From assembly GCA_963833225.1 (NCBI GenBank), contig CAWHXD010000008.1, forward strand, positions 544,001 to 608,000: a stretch of DNA of 64,000 nt. The letters are read 5' to 3'. Positions within the stretch are counted from its first letter, which is position 1, and each line of letters begins with the position of its first letter. This stretch comes from an uncultured Chloroflexia bacterium (lineage in GTDB: Bacteria; Chloroflexota; Limnocylindria; Limnocylindrales; CSP1-4). The translations under genes were made by a program, and so were the position numbers. The notes beneath the pieces were generated by a model. That model saw nothing but the letters and a program-made list of their open reading frames with translations. It had not been told where the DNA came from and made no database searches. Of this stretch, positions 28,568-40,513 are shown in pieces.

Positions 28568-30614
28568 CGTCCTTCGGTAACTTGAAACCGAGGCGAACTG
28601 CTTCTGTGAGGATCCTCTCGGCCTGGATGGCTTGTTTGAGAGATGGGCGCTTGCCCGCGCCCGCCTGCTTCCCGAGACTGAATGCAATCCCGCGTTGCCA
28701 CCCTTGCAGGTTGTTGGTTTCCTTCGCCCAGTGGGAGAGAGCGAGCCATGTCTGGGCGGGGATCGCCACCACTCGGTCGATGAGTTCCGTCTCCTTCGGA
28801 TCTGTGTAGTCGCCTAACACGCGCGGTTGGCTGCCCACGCGACCAGCGGGCAGGAGGAGGCTGGCCGGAAGTGATCCAACCGCCGAGACAGTCAGATCCA
28901 ACACGGCTTCCCAGCACTCTCTCTTCTTGGACCACTCCGTTACGTTCCCACCGCGCGGAGGGTTCGTGATGACGGGATGAACCGCCGACGCAATCGAGGA
29001 AGTGGCGGTCTCCAGCTCCGGCGCGAGCCGTTGCAGCTTCCAGATCTGCCCAAGATCCAAGCGCTGGGCTGTGGCGTTGCTCAGGTAGGCGACCGTATAG
29101 GCGACGATGTTCGCTCGGTATCCGCCGAATCGCAGTGCAGACACCAGCCGCTCCGTCTGCCGGAAGAGGATCGCCTTTGCGATGAGGCGCTGGAAGTACT
29201 CCTCGGTAACATCCACCTTGCCGCGATCGGCCAGCCGGACCGTGAAGTCGCGGAAGTTCTTCTCAGCGCCAAGGCTGACAACATGCGGTAGCGAGGCCCA
29301 GGCGTTCTCAAACTTCGCGACATCGGTCTTCGAGAACTTCTGCGCGGCGGGATGTATCGCCTTGAATGCACGTTGACGCCCAGGCGTGCCTTCTCTGGCC
29401 ATGGCGTCCGCGTATTGGCCCCGAGCACGCTCGTAGAACCATCGGGTCTGGCGCTGCGTTCCGTCAGCGGCAGGAGCCCAAACGGTGCGTGACAACTTCT
29501 CCAACTGAACGTGGAACGGGTCGTTCGCCGAGAAGTCGGCCTCGTTGACACGGTTCTGGCTGTTCGCGAACCTGGTGATGTTCGGGACGAAGTCGTCGAT
29601 TTGAGCCGGATCGACAACCGTGACCTTCGCGGCGACCGCCAACCGTGACAGATCGGCGCCATCCTTCCGCTTTGCGGCGTGGATGGATGCTGTCGTCTGC
29701 CCGCCGTTGACAATCTGTAGATCATCGAGGGCGCCGATGCCGCGGCTCCCGTCCGCCATCTGGTCGAGACGGAGTCGTGCCGCGGTAACCGAGACGCCGT
29801 TGTTGTAGGCGAGGAAGTGCGCTGGTTCCTCGAGAATCGTGGTCCGGATTCCCTGATTCACCTTTCCTCGAGCCTGGAGGAACGACCTCACGTTCCTCTC
29901 CAACAGGCGCGGGCCGTATTCGTCGTAGATATCGGCGAGCACCTCCCCGGGGATCACAGCCAAGTAGGCCGTGTACTCGCCATCGCCCTCCCCAGCCGTG
30001 ACGCATGGCAGTGACCGGCCATACCTTGCGGAGAAATCGATTGAGATCGGCTCGCGGGCGGTGCCTGATGTCACGGCGCGATGAACACGCCTGAGATCCC
30101 AGACGTGGTACGAGATCTCGAGGTCGTCCTCGAGATCTCCCTTGAGGACATCCAAGGTCGTCAGGCCGTCCGTCACGAAGAAGAGGCGGAGTGAGCGGAT
30201 TCCACCTCCCAGGGCGTGTATGGACTGCGCCATGTCGAAGGCCGGCGAGGCTTCTTCAAGGGTACGGAACAGCCCTTCGCGCGACCGTCGGTAGAACTCG
30301 CGAAGTCGATTGAATGCGGTGCCAACGTCGCTCCTGGGAACAGTGACGGGCGGCTCGGATCCCGTGTACCTCGTGACGAGCAGGTTGAGCACGGCGAGCT
30401 CCTCGTCGACGCTGTATCCACTCGCCTCGAGTCCGCGCGTCTGGTAGAAGCACGCTTCTGCGTCGTCGATCTCACCGACGTCCGCAAGGACTCCGATCAT
30501 CCACCTGGTGAACTCGTCCGACAGAATGGCGCCATCTTCGGCCGCATCCGCCGCCGCCAGCACCTCCTGATGGACATCGACGGCGAAGGCGTCGATATCC
30601 TCGTCAGTTGTCAC
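28557..30614 (-). CDS. AIPR family protein (MzaE-like)
   Basis: LLERNVRSFLQ, FLAYNNG, QIVNGGQTTAS, ANSQN, WFYERARGQY. Confidence 0.92.
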   Translation of the reverse strand: MTTDEDIDAFAVDVHQEVLAAADAAEDGAILSDEFTRWMIGVLADVGEIDDAEACFYQTRGLEASGYSVDEELAVLNLLVTRYTGSEPPVTVPRSDVGTAFNRLREFYRRSREGLFRTLEEASPAFDMAQSIHALGGGIRSLRLFFVTDGLTTLDVLKGDLEDDLEISYHVWDLRRVHRAVTSGTAREPISIDFSARYGRSLPCVTAGEGDGEYTAYLAVIPGEVLADIYDEYGPRLLERNVRSFLQARGKVNQGIRTTILEEPAHFLAYNNGVSVTAARLRLDQMADGSRGIGALDDLQIVNGGQTTASIHAAKRKDGADLSRLAVAAKVTVVDPAQIDDFVPNITRFANSQNRVNEADFSANDPFHVQLEKLSRTVWAPAADGTQRQTRWFYERARGQYADAMAREGTPGRQRAFKAIHPAAQKFSKTDVAKFENAWASLPHVVSLGAEKNFRDFTVRLADRGKVDVTEEYFQRLIAKAILFRQTERLVSALRFGGYRANIVAYTVAYLSNATAQRLDLGQIWKLQRLAPELETATSSIASAVHPVITNPPRGGNVTEWSKKRECWEAVLDLTVSAVGSLPASLLLPAGRVGSQPRVLGDYTDPKETELIDRVVAIPAQTWLALSHWAKETNNLQGWQRGIAFSLGKQAGAGKRPSLKQAIQAERILTEAVRLGFKLPKDDGS

Positions 30615-31615
30615 GCGGATGCTCCGCGCACGCGCGCCGCGAACTCGGCGAAGTCGACGGCGAATGGCCTGATCGCATCGATGGTGATCCCGTACGTGAC
30701 ATCACCAACGCCATCCGGGAGATCCGCCTCTGTAAGCCGCGGAAACCCGTCCCCAACAATCGCGCAGAGCGCCCATCGGACAGCGTACGAGGTGTCCGAG
30801 TACAGGTGCGCGTGCTCATCGAGGTACCCAGCATCTATCAGCAGGTCCTCAAACTGCGCCCTCGCCTCCGTGTGTTCCGCGAGATCGGCTCGCAGCGCAT
30901 TGACCATATCGACGAGAGACGGGTCGCCCCCGGATCGAGGTTCGAGGGCAACCACAACCAGCCCGAGGACATCAATCCCGGTGGACTGAAGCTGCCGCTC
31001 ATTGGCGATACGGACTGACGCTGGGGCGGTCTGACGAGTTGTCTTCACCTCTGCGGCCCATCTACCGAGTTGGAAGTCCTGTACGCCCGGCTCCGGACCG
31101 CGCCACGACTTGACCCCATCAAGCGCTCCGACCGCCGTGATCACCTGTTCGCGGAGATACCAGAGTTCGCCGAATAGGCCCGACTGAGCCTCCGGAGACA
31201 GACCATCCGGTGATGAGCGCTCCAAGAACCGTTGCCAATGAGTTAGTCGAGCGGCAGCCGCTGACACCACGCTAGGTGGTTCCGTCATCCCGCCCAGCGC
31301 CTCCAAAACGTCATCCGCCAGGTGAGCGAAGATCTCGTTGTGTTCGCGGGATCGCGTGGCAATGGAAACGGTGGGTCCCCGTGACCCAACGGCGAACGGT
31401 GCCTCCGAAATCTCGAGGCCCCGGAGGCGTAGGTCGACCAGTGGTCTCACCTCCACATCGGACGCGAAGGCAAACGTCAGCATGCGGCACCCCGAAGGCT
31501 CGGCGACGGCGATGTAGACCTCGGCCGCACAGTCGACCGGTAGCAAGGATCGAAGATGGCCAGGATCACGAGGTGCGGCCCTCTCGAGCTCGGCCCAGCG
31601 TTCCTGCAGCGTCAT
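30611..31615 (-). CDS. PD-(D/E)XK motif protein DUF4420 (MzaD-like)
   Basis: GLFGELWYL, WRGP...QDF...EVKTT...IANERQL. Confidence 0.9.
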   Translation of the reverse strand: MTLQERWAELERAAPRDPGHLRSLLPVDCAAEVYIAVAEPSGCRMLTFAFASDVEVRPLVDLRLRGLEISEAPFAVGSRGPTVSIATRSREHNEIFAHLADDVLEALGGMTEPPSVVSAAAARLTHWQRFLERSSPDGLSPEAQSGLFGELWYLREQVITAVGALDGVKSWRGPEPGVQDFQLGRWAAEVKTTRQTAPASVRIANERQLQSTGIDVLGLVVVALEPRSGGDPSLVDMVNALRADLAEHTEARAQFEDLLIDAGYLDEHAHLYSDTSYAVRWALCAIVGDGFPRLTEADLPDGVGDVTYGITIDAIRPFAVDFAEFAARVRGASA

Positions 31616-34379
31616 AGCTGGTTCTCCCAGCCGTACTCGGATGCCCAGTAGACTTGATTCGCCGCGTACTCGATCTCCTTGTCAGAGCTGGCCTTCGGGA
31701 AGCTAATGGCGAACCCGAGTACTGGTCCGATGCGGTCCTCGCCGGACTTCACGGCGAGCGGATAGAGGAGCAACAGGGCTCGCTCCCGGGCTCGCTGCTC
31801 CCGGACAGCCCACCCAATCGGCACGGTTGGCTCGCGTGTACCTTTTCCAGCCGCGCGCCAGCTCTCGATCGTCCGCTCAACGGCCCTAGCTCGCTCCTCC
31901 TCGGAGAGATCAAGGGTCTCGTCGCCCGGGCTCACGACCCGTCGGATCGTCAGATTGGCCGCGTCAACGGCAATCCCTTCGCGTTCGACAAGTCCGACAC
32001 TATGACCTCCGAGAACGTGAAGGCGGCCCGCACTGACCGAGATCAGCGCAACGGTCCAGTCGATGAGTTCGCCATCTGCGTTGCTCGCCTGAATGAACTT
32101 CCCAAGGGCAATCGAGTCGGCTTTCACCGCATCCGGATGAGTCCGGTATTGGGTGAGAAAGGTGCGGATGACATCCGCCGGCACATTGCGCCAAATGCGG
32201 GTCGGCCGCTCCTTGCTAGTGGATGCCACGAAGTGCGGCCCCAGAGTCGAGACCAAGCGCTCCGTGGCGCCGAGGTTGTTCTCGATAACGTCACGGCGAA
32301 ACGTGATCGTCTCGGCGGTGCTGTCGTTGAAGGTCACTCGGATGGTTCTGGCGTATCGCATCTTTGATGGCGCGGTGACCATCAGCCCATCGGGGCTCTT
32401 CGCGTACCCGGAGTCCGAAGGTCTCGGGTGTCTGGTGCGAGGCGACCATTTCATCAAAGAGTTCCATCAGCTCCTCGTTCGCCTCGGTCACCTGTGCGTA
32501 CCAGCGAATGAGCTCCGGGGTCGTATAGAGGCGGCATAGGTCGTCGTAGCCAGGTCGGTAGCCAAACCAGCGGCCCATCTGCATGAGCGTGTCGTACATC
32601 CTGGACGCGCGCAGGAAGTAGCTGACACGTGAGGCCCTCGAGCGTGAGGCCGCGCGACGAGCTTGTCGCCGCCGACCGCGATCACCGTGAGTCCGGTTCC
32701 GGCGTTCTCGACGTAGTCGAGCACGTCTCTCCGCCGTGCCGTTGACCTCCTTGACCCGATCGTCGCCGTGATCGGCTCGAGCACGTGCTTGCGAACGTCG
32801 TCCCAAGCCAGTTCGGCTCCAGGGGGCCATCGACCGACGTCGTCGGCACGAAGTCGCGCTGCCACAGGTCGCTCGAGTTCGGCCCACGCGGACCCTGCGT
32901 CACCGTCTCCGTATCGCAGGCGCCGGCGAAGCTGGTCAACCTCCTCCTTCACGACTTCTGACGACCTGCCTCTGCACGGCGGTGAAGCGGGTGACGTGGA
33001 CGAGCATCGAGTTGTGCGTCTGCCGCTGACCTCGCGCCGCGCGCGCCGCGGCTGCGAGCAGGAAAGCGCGCACCGCCTCAACGAGCGATGGCAGGGAGTT
33101 CCGTCGACCTCAGCGCTCTTCTTGTGCCTCGTCGGCAGCCAATCCTCGTTGTCCTTGACACTGCGGATAACGGGGAGAGGCTCCTGCGCGGTGGCTCCGT
33201 CAGGGTCTCGGCCGAGGCCAAAGACCTGTACGGGGCCCATGTAGTTGGACGGGGGCAGCAGGTTGATGATGAAGCTGCGCGGGAAAGAGACCGTCGCCGA
33301 TGTACGCCGAGTCCTGTCATTCGACCGGCTGAGGATGTTCGCGAACGGTGTGGCTGTGTATCCGACGTAGGCCTTCTTCTCGAAAGCCGCGAGGAGCGCT
33401 CGGATCTGGCCGTTGATGGTCGAGGGTCGCACCTCCTCGTCCGGCGACGCCGTCCTCGTCGAGCGGGACGTCCCCGTGGCCTCGGCTGTGTCAACGGAGG
33501 CGTTGTCGGCCTCGTCATCGATCACGAGCAACGGAACGTCGCGAACGACCTTTCGGCCGGTGACCGGGTCCTCGACCTGCGTAAGGGTCGTCGCCCATTG
33601 GGTCACGTTCGCCAGGATCGACCTGTTCTTCTTGACGACGAGCAGCACAGGGTCTGCCCCAGCCGACCATAACGTTCTGGGTCTGCGCGACTCGCAGGCT
33701 GAAGTCTCCTCTGTCCGCACTACTCGTGAGTGGGTGGACGTTGAGCAGCCGGAAAGCCTGGCAGTTCGCCAACGCCCATCCGGATCGTGAGGCCGTTCGT
33801 CCGGAGCCTTCGCTGCGTGTCAAAGCCAAGGAAGCCCTCGTCGAGCCTGACCTGCGTCTGGCTTCGTAGGCTGTTATGTAGGCCCGCCAGAACGATGATC
33901 AGCCGGTACCCGGCATCGGACGCCTTCGCAATCAAGCCGATGTACGTCGAGGTCTTGCCAGACTGGACCCGACCGACGACCAAGCCGCGCCTATCCCATG
34001 CGCCGGCTCGGCGCGGGTCCTCCAATCGACTGAGTATCTCGTCGGTCACCTCGTCGAGGCGACGGACTACCCCTCGAGGCCAGTTCATTCTTCGCTCAAG
34101 AAACGCCTCGTAGCGTTCCCAGAACGGCCACCTGACACCGGCCTTCGCGGTCTGTAGCCATTCCTCGTGGCCCCTAGGATCATCGAGGATCTGTCCCGTC
34201 GGGACCCAGACCATGCACCGAGTCTCGAGTTCCCAACCAAGCTCCTCGAGGGTCGTGTGGTCATCGGGGTGGAGGATCTTCCACGTTGACAGCCGAGCCC
34301 GCCGCAACGACTCAATCTCCTCCGGGGTCGGGGTATCGGAGAGCAGGCTCAGGGCGGAGCCAATGAGGCTGCGATTCAA
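31612..34379 (-). CDS. Z1-domain protein with degenerate SF2 helicase N-terminus (MzaC-like); many frameshifts
   Basis: GRVQSGKT, LAGLHNSLRSQTQ, LVVKKN, IDDEADNAS, YVGYTATPFAN, VIAVGGDKL, YDTLMQMGRWFGYRPGY spread over several frames; TTGA overlap with upstream gene. Confidence 0.85.
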
Positions 34380-35880
34380 CGTGACCCTCGCTCGTCTGGC
34401 ACAAATGCCGCCGCGACTATTCCCGGAAAACGGTCGGAGCCCTCCATGCTGTGCAGGAGGCGAATGATCGTCGTCGTCAGCCATGCCCTGCCCGCGAAGC
34501 TGATCCCTCGCTTGCCGCACCATTTGGCCCATCTCGGCGGCCGTGACGGAGTCAAATGCAGCAGGCTGCTGCTCCGGACTTTCAGCATGGTCGATTGCAA
34601 TCAGCGGAATTGGGATCGTCTCTTCGATGAGGCGCAGTGCGGCCGCTCGCTCCGCCTTGTTTGAGTCTGCCCTCAGGATCGCCGCAATGGCCGGATGATG
34701 CCTATTGATCCGATAGCGGATGCGGTTGGCCTTCTGTTCGCGGGTCCAAACGAAGACTGCTTCGCTGCCGATGCTCGAATCACGGGCGATGATCTTGCCT
34801 CGATGTCGGTAGACGTCGATGGCGCGAGCCCGGGTCTTCTGCGCTATCCGGCGCAGGGTGTCACGAATTGGGCCGGGCGGGTGGGCGGTCGCCTTCCGAA
34901 CATCGAGCTGCCACTGCTCATCCATGGCATTTGGGATCTCGATGCTAATGCGAGCCAGCTTGGCGTGTTCTTCCTTCTGGAAGCCGAGTCCGAGCCAACT
35001 GCCCGCAACGATGAGGCGACGGTTACGATGGACGTAGAATCCCTGTTGCGCGTTCCAGCCGTGCTCACCTGCAGCCCGGCGAAATTCGGCGTCCGACAGT
35101 CGTGTGTGATGGGGTAGCACGTAGGCCCTAACCGTAGCTTGGTGCCCTCGGTAGGTGATTGTCTCCTCGCCCACGACTGCGTTGCCACATGGCCGCCTAG
35201 GAACGGGTCCCAGCTCTCAATGGGGTGCCCATTGAGGTAGATCGCCAGCGCCGTCTTCCCGGCGAGGTAGCCGTGGAAGGTGGCCGCGAGGTGCGCTTCG
35301 AGTTGTTCCACCTGCAGGAGGAACCGACCGCGCGCCTTCGCATCGTCAGCAGCCGCATCGCCAACGACGCGGTCCATTCGACGCCAGAGGACGCCGGTGC
35401 CGGATTCTGCGCGCTCGACCGGAAGGAGCCCGCGGCTCCGATCATCGATCTGCCTAGGAGTCGCCACTCGCCGCACGCTGCGACGACGTCCAGGTCCCAT
35501 CGTCGCTCCGCAATAGTGCCATCGCGGTTGGAGCGGACCGTCAGCTCCCGCGCCTGCGAGAACGAGGCAGTCTTGAGCCCGAGCCGAAACCTCCGAGGTC
35601 ATCGCTTCGGCGGACATCGCGAGGACTCCGCGACCCGGCGCGCATCGCCTCCTTGAGGTCTGACTCGGTCATGCCCGTGCCGTCGTCGATAACAGAGATC
35701 CACGACTCCTGGACCTGCCCAGTGCGCGGTGATCCAGATGCTTCGAGCCTTCGCGCCGATACTGTTGTCGATCAGATCGGCAACTGCAGCCGGCAGGGTA
35801 TATCCGAACGCCCTGAGTGATTCGACGAGCGCTCCTGCTCGAGGCTCAGCGATTTCGAAGTCCCCGTCGCCTGGCTCCAT
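34376..35880 (-). CDS. MORC/MutL-type GHKL ATPase (HATPase_c_3, MzaB-like); several frameshifts
   Basis: SLRAFGYTLPAAVADLIDNSI, WDPF, WNAQQGFYVHRNRRLI, KLARISIE...WQLDVRKATA, YRINRHHP. Confidence 0.87.
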
Positions 35881-36037
35881 CAGAATGCCTCTCGCCGCGA
35901 AGGCGGCCGCCATGTACGTGTCGCTGCCCCGTCGGACCGTGATTGTGCCATCGGGCTGCGCCGATAGGCGCCGCCGGCAGGTGGCCTGACCCTCGGCACA
36001 GGCTCGTTGGTCGCGGCTGTCGGCAGCCGCGGCAAGC

Positions 36038-39000
36038 TCACACCCGCTCCGGACACATCGCCCGATAGTTGCACCAGCGGCAGACGGCGCCCGGGTTGGC
36101 CGTGAACTCGCCGGCGCGGATCGTCCTCACGCGGGCAAGGATCTCATCGCGCGCAACGTCCAGCTCCTCGTCGGTGCGGACGGTGGACTGGCGGGTGCCG
36201 AGCTCGGTGTAGTAGAGGGTCAGCTGCTCGGGCGTGCCGAGGCCCAGGGCGTCGCGGCAGGCGAGGGCGTAGATGGTGAGCTGCAGGTTCTCGTCGACGC
36301 CCTTCTGGCTCCGCGGGCTGCCGGTCTTGTAGTCGATGACCTCGATGCCGCCGGACGGGAGGCGGTCGATGCGGTCGATGCTGCCGTGGATCTTCACGGG
36401 CGCGCTGCCGTCATCGGGCTCCAGCACGAGATCGAATCGCTGCTCCTCCGATAGCGCCTCCCCTACCGACGCGAGCTCGCCGCTCCAGAAGTTGTCCAGG
36501 AGCCGGCCGACGCGTCGCCCAAAGGCCTGCTCCTCGGTCCGGTCGCCAAAGCCGGTGGACTGCCAGTTGGCGGCGAACAGCCGCTCGAGATCCTCGCGGG
36601 TGGGCGCGGGCTCGCCGCGGGCGATGCGCTCCCGCCGCTCGCTGGTGAAGGCCTCGAAGGCGGCATGGGCGGTCGATCCGAAAGTGAGGGGCGCCTGGGG
36701 ACGGGCGGGCTCGGGGATCCGGTAGATGTACTCGAGGGCGTAGGCGAGGCCGCATCGCTCGAACGCGTTGAGGGCGGAGTAGCTGAAGTGCCCGGGCACG
36801 GGCGCGACATCGAGCAGGCTCGAACCGGCGGCGGTGTCGAGGGCGAGGTGCCGGAAGGTGAGGGGGTCGAGGCCGGCGGCCCGCGCCTGGTCCGCGACGG
36901 CTGCGGCGCCGCGCCCGATCTCGGCGAGCTGGGCGGCGAACGCGTCGCGGGCGCCCTCGGCCTCGGGATCGGTGGCGACGGTGGCCTCCATCAGGCCCAC
37001 GAGCTCGGCGGCGCGGAGGCGGCTGGCGAGTCGCCGCTCGCGGGCGGTGGGCAGGGGCATGACGCGGCGAGCGGTGGTCAGCGCATCGGACACCCTGTCG
37101 GTGGTGCGCGCCGGGCTGTCGGGCGCGACGCCGCCGTTCGCCGGGCGGACCAACGGTTCGCCCCAGGGGACGTTTGGTTCGCCCGTGGGCCCATTCGTGG
37201 GCTGTGAGGTCGCGCCGGCAAACGAACCGGCCGGTGAGCGGGGCAGTTGTTCGTTCGAGCGGACGGTTGAGCCGGTGGGCGGATCGCCGGCCGAGGGCAG
37301 CCCGCCGGCCGAGGGCAGCCCGCCGGCCGAGGGCAGCCCGCCGGCCGGCGGCGGCTCGCCGGTCGAGGGCAGGGTGCCGGCAGTGGTGGGCAGCGCACCA
37401 GGCCCGGAGCCCGCGCTATCCGTGCGATCCACCACACGAAGCTCCTCCCCCGCCCCGTCCCGCAGCTCGCCCACGAACCGCGACGGCTCCTGCCCCTCGA
37501 CCCCGGCGGGCGAGGTCAGGATGAGCCGCTCCTGCGCCCGGGTCATCGCCACGTACAGGAGCCGCCGCTCCTCGTCGGTGTGGATGTCACCGGTGGGGAC
37601 GGCCTCGCGCAGCAGCTCCCGCGGGAACCAGCCGGCGCCCTGCTCGCGAATGGGCCACTCCCCTTCCAGCAGGTTGGGGACGATCACCACGGGGAACTCC
37701 AGGCCCTTGGCCTGGTAGAGGGTCATCAGCCGGACGCCGTCGACGTCCTCGGTCAGCTCCACGCTGGTCGGCAGCTCGCCCCCGGCGGCCTTGTAGGCGT
37801 CGAGGTAGTCCACGAAGTCCGCGAGGGTGCGGGCGGGATTGGCTGCCTGCCAGTCGGACGCGAAGCGCATGAAGCTGGCGATGTTGACGACGGAGCGCCG
37901 GGCCTCGAGGGTGGCGGCGGCGAGGAGGTCCAGGACGACGCCCGTCCGCTCCAGGTACCGCTCCAGGATGGTGTACGGACCCTCGCGCCAGGTGAGCGGG
38001 TTGAGCTCCTCGATGGCGCCCAGGAGCATCCGCAGCTTGGCCCGGAGCGTGAGCGGGACGGCGGCCAGCTGCCGCCACGGCTCGCGGGACTGGCCGGTGT
38101 CCTCGTCGATGACGTCTTCGTGCTCCTGGCCCTCCTCCACCATGCGCTGCGCCGCGTCGGCGAGGCGGCTGCGGTCGAAGCGGGCGTCGCGGGCGACCCG
38201 GAGGATCTCCAGGGCGTCCATCCGCCACGGCCCGGCGGTCATCATCCGGACGAGGGCGGCGTCGTCGTGGGGATCCGCGATGGCCCGCAGGCCCTGCTCC
38301 AGGTCCCGGATCTCGGGCGCCTCGAACAGCGACAGCCCGCCCACCACCGTGTACGGGATGTCCTCGGCCCGGAGCCGCTCGACGATGGCGTCGCGGTGCC
38401 TGTGCTTGCGGTAGAGGACGGCGATGTCGTTCCAGCGGCGGCCCGTGGCGGTCCCGTGGCCGTCGGCCGGACCCGCGTGCGCGCGGATCTCGTCCACGAT
38501 CGCGACGGCCTCGTCCTCGATCCCGGCGCAGACGTGGAGCTCCACCGCGATCCCCGCTTCCCGGTCCGTCCACAGCCGCTTGTCGGGCTCGAAGCGGGTG
38601 ACGTTGCGCTCGATGAGCCGGTTGGCGGCCTCGATGACATGGCCGGTGCTGCGGAAGTTGCGATCGATGCGGAGGCGGCGCGGCGGATCCGGCGGCGGCG
38701 AGCCTGGCGCGTGCGCGGGCGGCGCCGAGAACCGGGTCATGAGCTCCGCGAAGGCCGCGAACGACGCTCCCCGGAAGCGATAGATCGACTGGTCGTCGTC
38801 GCCCACCACCATCACGTTGTCGGGCCGGTCGGGCGTGCGGCCGAGGAGCTCGATCAGCTCGATCTGGGCGACGTTGGCGTCCTGGAACTCGTCAACGAGG
38901 ATGTAGCGGAACTGGCGCTGCCAGCGACGAAGGACGTTGGGCCGCGTCTTGAACAGCCGCGCGACCAGGGCGATCTGCTCGCCGAAGTCGAGCGCCCCGC

Positions 39001-39920
39001 GAGCGCCCAGCTCCTGCTCGTAGGCGCGGTAGACGCGGGCCAGCTCCTCGAGGCGCATGACCTCGAGGGCCGCGCCGTCCCGCTCGTAGTCCGCGGCGAG
39101 GGTGTCGATCCGGGCCTGGTCGTCTCGGCCGAACTGGTGGCGGCTGCGCGCATGACCGTCTCCACCCACGGTCCGCCTTGCCTCGCGGTCCGCGGCCTTC
39201 TCGACCATCCGCGGCTCCCAGTTGCGCTCCTCGCCCGCCGTCTCCGCGCGCTCGTTCGCCCGCAGGCCGGCATAGGCGCCGCGCACCGACCGCAGCGGGC
39301 GCGAGATTGCCCTGGGTTTCGAGCCGTTCGGGGGCGCCGCTGAAGGAGCCATACCGGCGCTCGTATTCCCGGCGCTCGGTCTCCACGAACGCGTCGAAGT
39401 CGTCCGGGTCCACCAGCTCGTCCTTGGCCCGGTTGATGAACTGGACGAACCCGGGGAACGACCAGTCGCTGTGGTAGCGGAGATCCAGGGCGTGGCGCAG
39501 GTCGCGCAGGAGCAGCAGCTGGCCCACGCCGTCGAGGACGTCCGGCCTGGCCGGCAGCCCTGCATCGCCGGCGCTCTCGGTGAGCACGTGCTGGCAGAAG
39601 CTGTGGAAGTTGCTGACCGTGATCCTCGCCCGGACCGCGGGGCCCACCGCCTCGTCCAGTCGCTCCTGGAGCTCCCGCGTGGCCTTGACGTTGTACGTCA
39701 GGACCAGGATCTGCTCGGGGACCAGCGGGCCCCCGAACGGATCGCCGTGGCGGGGCGTGGGCTCCGCCGCCAGGTTGCCGCCGGGGTCGCCCTTGGACTC
39801 CAGGAGCCAGCGCACCCGCTCCACGATGACGCGCGTCTTGCCCGTCCCGGCCCCCGCGATGACGACGATCGGGCCGTCCTCGGCCTCGACGATCGCGCGC
39901 TGCTCGGGGGTCAGGTCCAT
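36038..39920 (-). CDS. UvrD-like SF1 helicase fused to Fe-S PD-(D/E)XK nuclease (AdnB/AddA-like); frameshift near 39300
   Basis: AGAGTGKT, VDEFQD, VGDDDQSIY, NFRS, QAKGLEF, EERRLLYVAMTRA; GSIDRID...IDYKTG...QLTIY; Cys ligands ERC and CRWC...C. Confidence 0.9.
37151..37269. repeat. 119-bp TIR element, copy C (inverted), inside the helicase-nuclease linker
   Basis: Reverse complement begins caaccgtccgctcgaacgaac and ends gaaccgttg; same length as copies A and B. Confidence 0.72.
37285..37348. repeat. 18-bp in-frame tandem repeat (AGGLPS)x3
   Basis: cgccggccgagggcagcc x3. Confidence 0.85.
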
Positions 39921-39921
39921 C

Positions 39922-40443
39922 TCAGTAGCGGTAGAGCGAAGCGACAAACGGGACGCGGTTGAACAGCATCAGCCCGATCGGCAGCGTGATGATCAGGAGG
40001 CACAGGGCATACCCGATCGACATCACCACCGCGGACGCCCACCAGCCCACGAACACGAACCACAGCCCGCGCGCCCACCAGGGCGGCTGGTCGATGGTCG
40101 CCTCGGTGGTGAACGTGCGCCCGGAGGCGTCCGTCCAGGCGTAGACGTAGCTGGTGCGCGGCCGGAGCGTGAGGACCGTGGGAATGCGGTTGATCAGCCA
40201 GATCCCGAGCGGGAGCCCGATGATCGTGATCATCGAGAACCACGCGATACCGGCGACGAAACCCGTCAGCCACCAGCCCACGAAGAGGAAGTAGAGGGCA
40301 CGAACCAGCAGGCCCGGCCCACTCTTCCGCTCCGCGACCACCCTCACCCCGTGGGGCGCGGGCTGAGGGGTTGGCGGGGGCGCGTGCTGGGGCGTGGGTG
40401 GGGGTGCGTACGCGGGCGGCCGCGGCGGAAGCGGCTCGGTCAC
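39922..40443 (-). CDS. YccF-domain membrane protein
   Basis: Two repeats of RALY/WFxFVGWW...ITIIGLPLG. Confidence 0.85.
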   Translation of the reverse strand: MTEPLPPRPPAYAPPPTPQHAPPPTPQPAPHGVRVVAERKSGPGLLVRALYFLFVGWWLTGFVAGIAWFSMITIIGLPLGIWLINRIPTVLTLRPRTSYVYAWTDASGRTFTTEATIDQPPWWARGLWFVFVGWWASAVVMSIGYALCLLIITLPIGLMLFNRVPFVASLYRY

Positions 40444-40513
40444 GCGACGCCTCCTCGCGATTCGACCCGGATCATCAGGGGCATCATCGATCCTCTCTGT
40501 GACAGGTTGGGTG

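Noticed and set aside
33720-35174. Apparent MORC/Z1 fusion ORF
   Set aside because: A frameshift near 34470; the MORC C-terminus ends at 34376 and overlaps the TTG start of Z1.
26310-36030. att sites or integrase for the restriction island
   Set aside because: No recombinase gene and no convincing flanking direct repeat found by eye.
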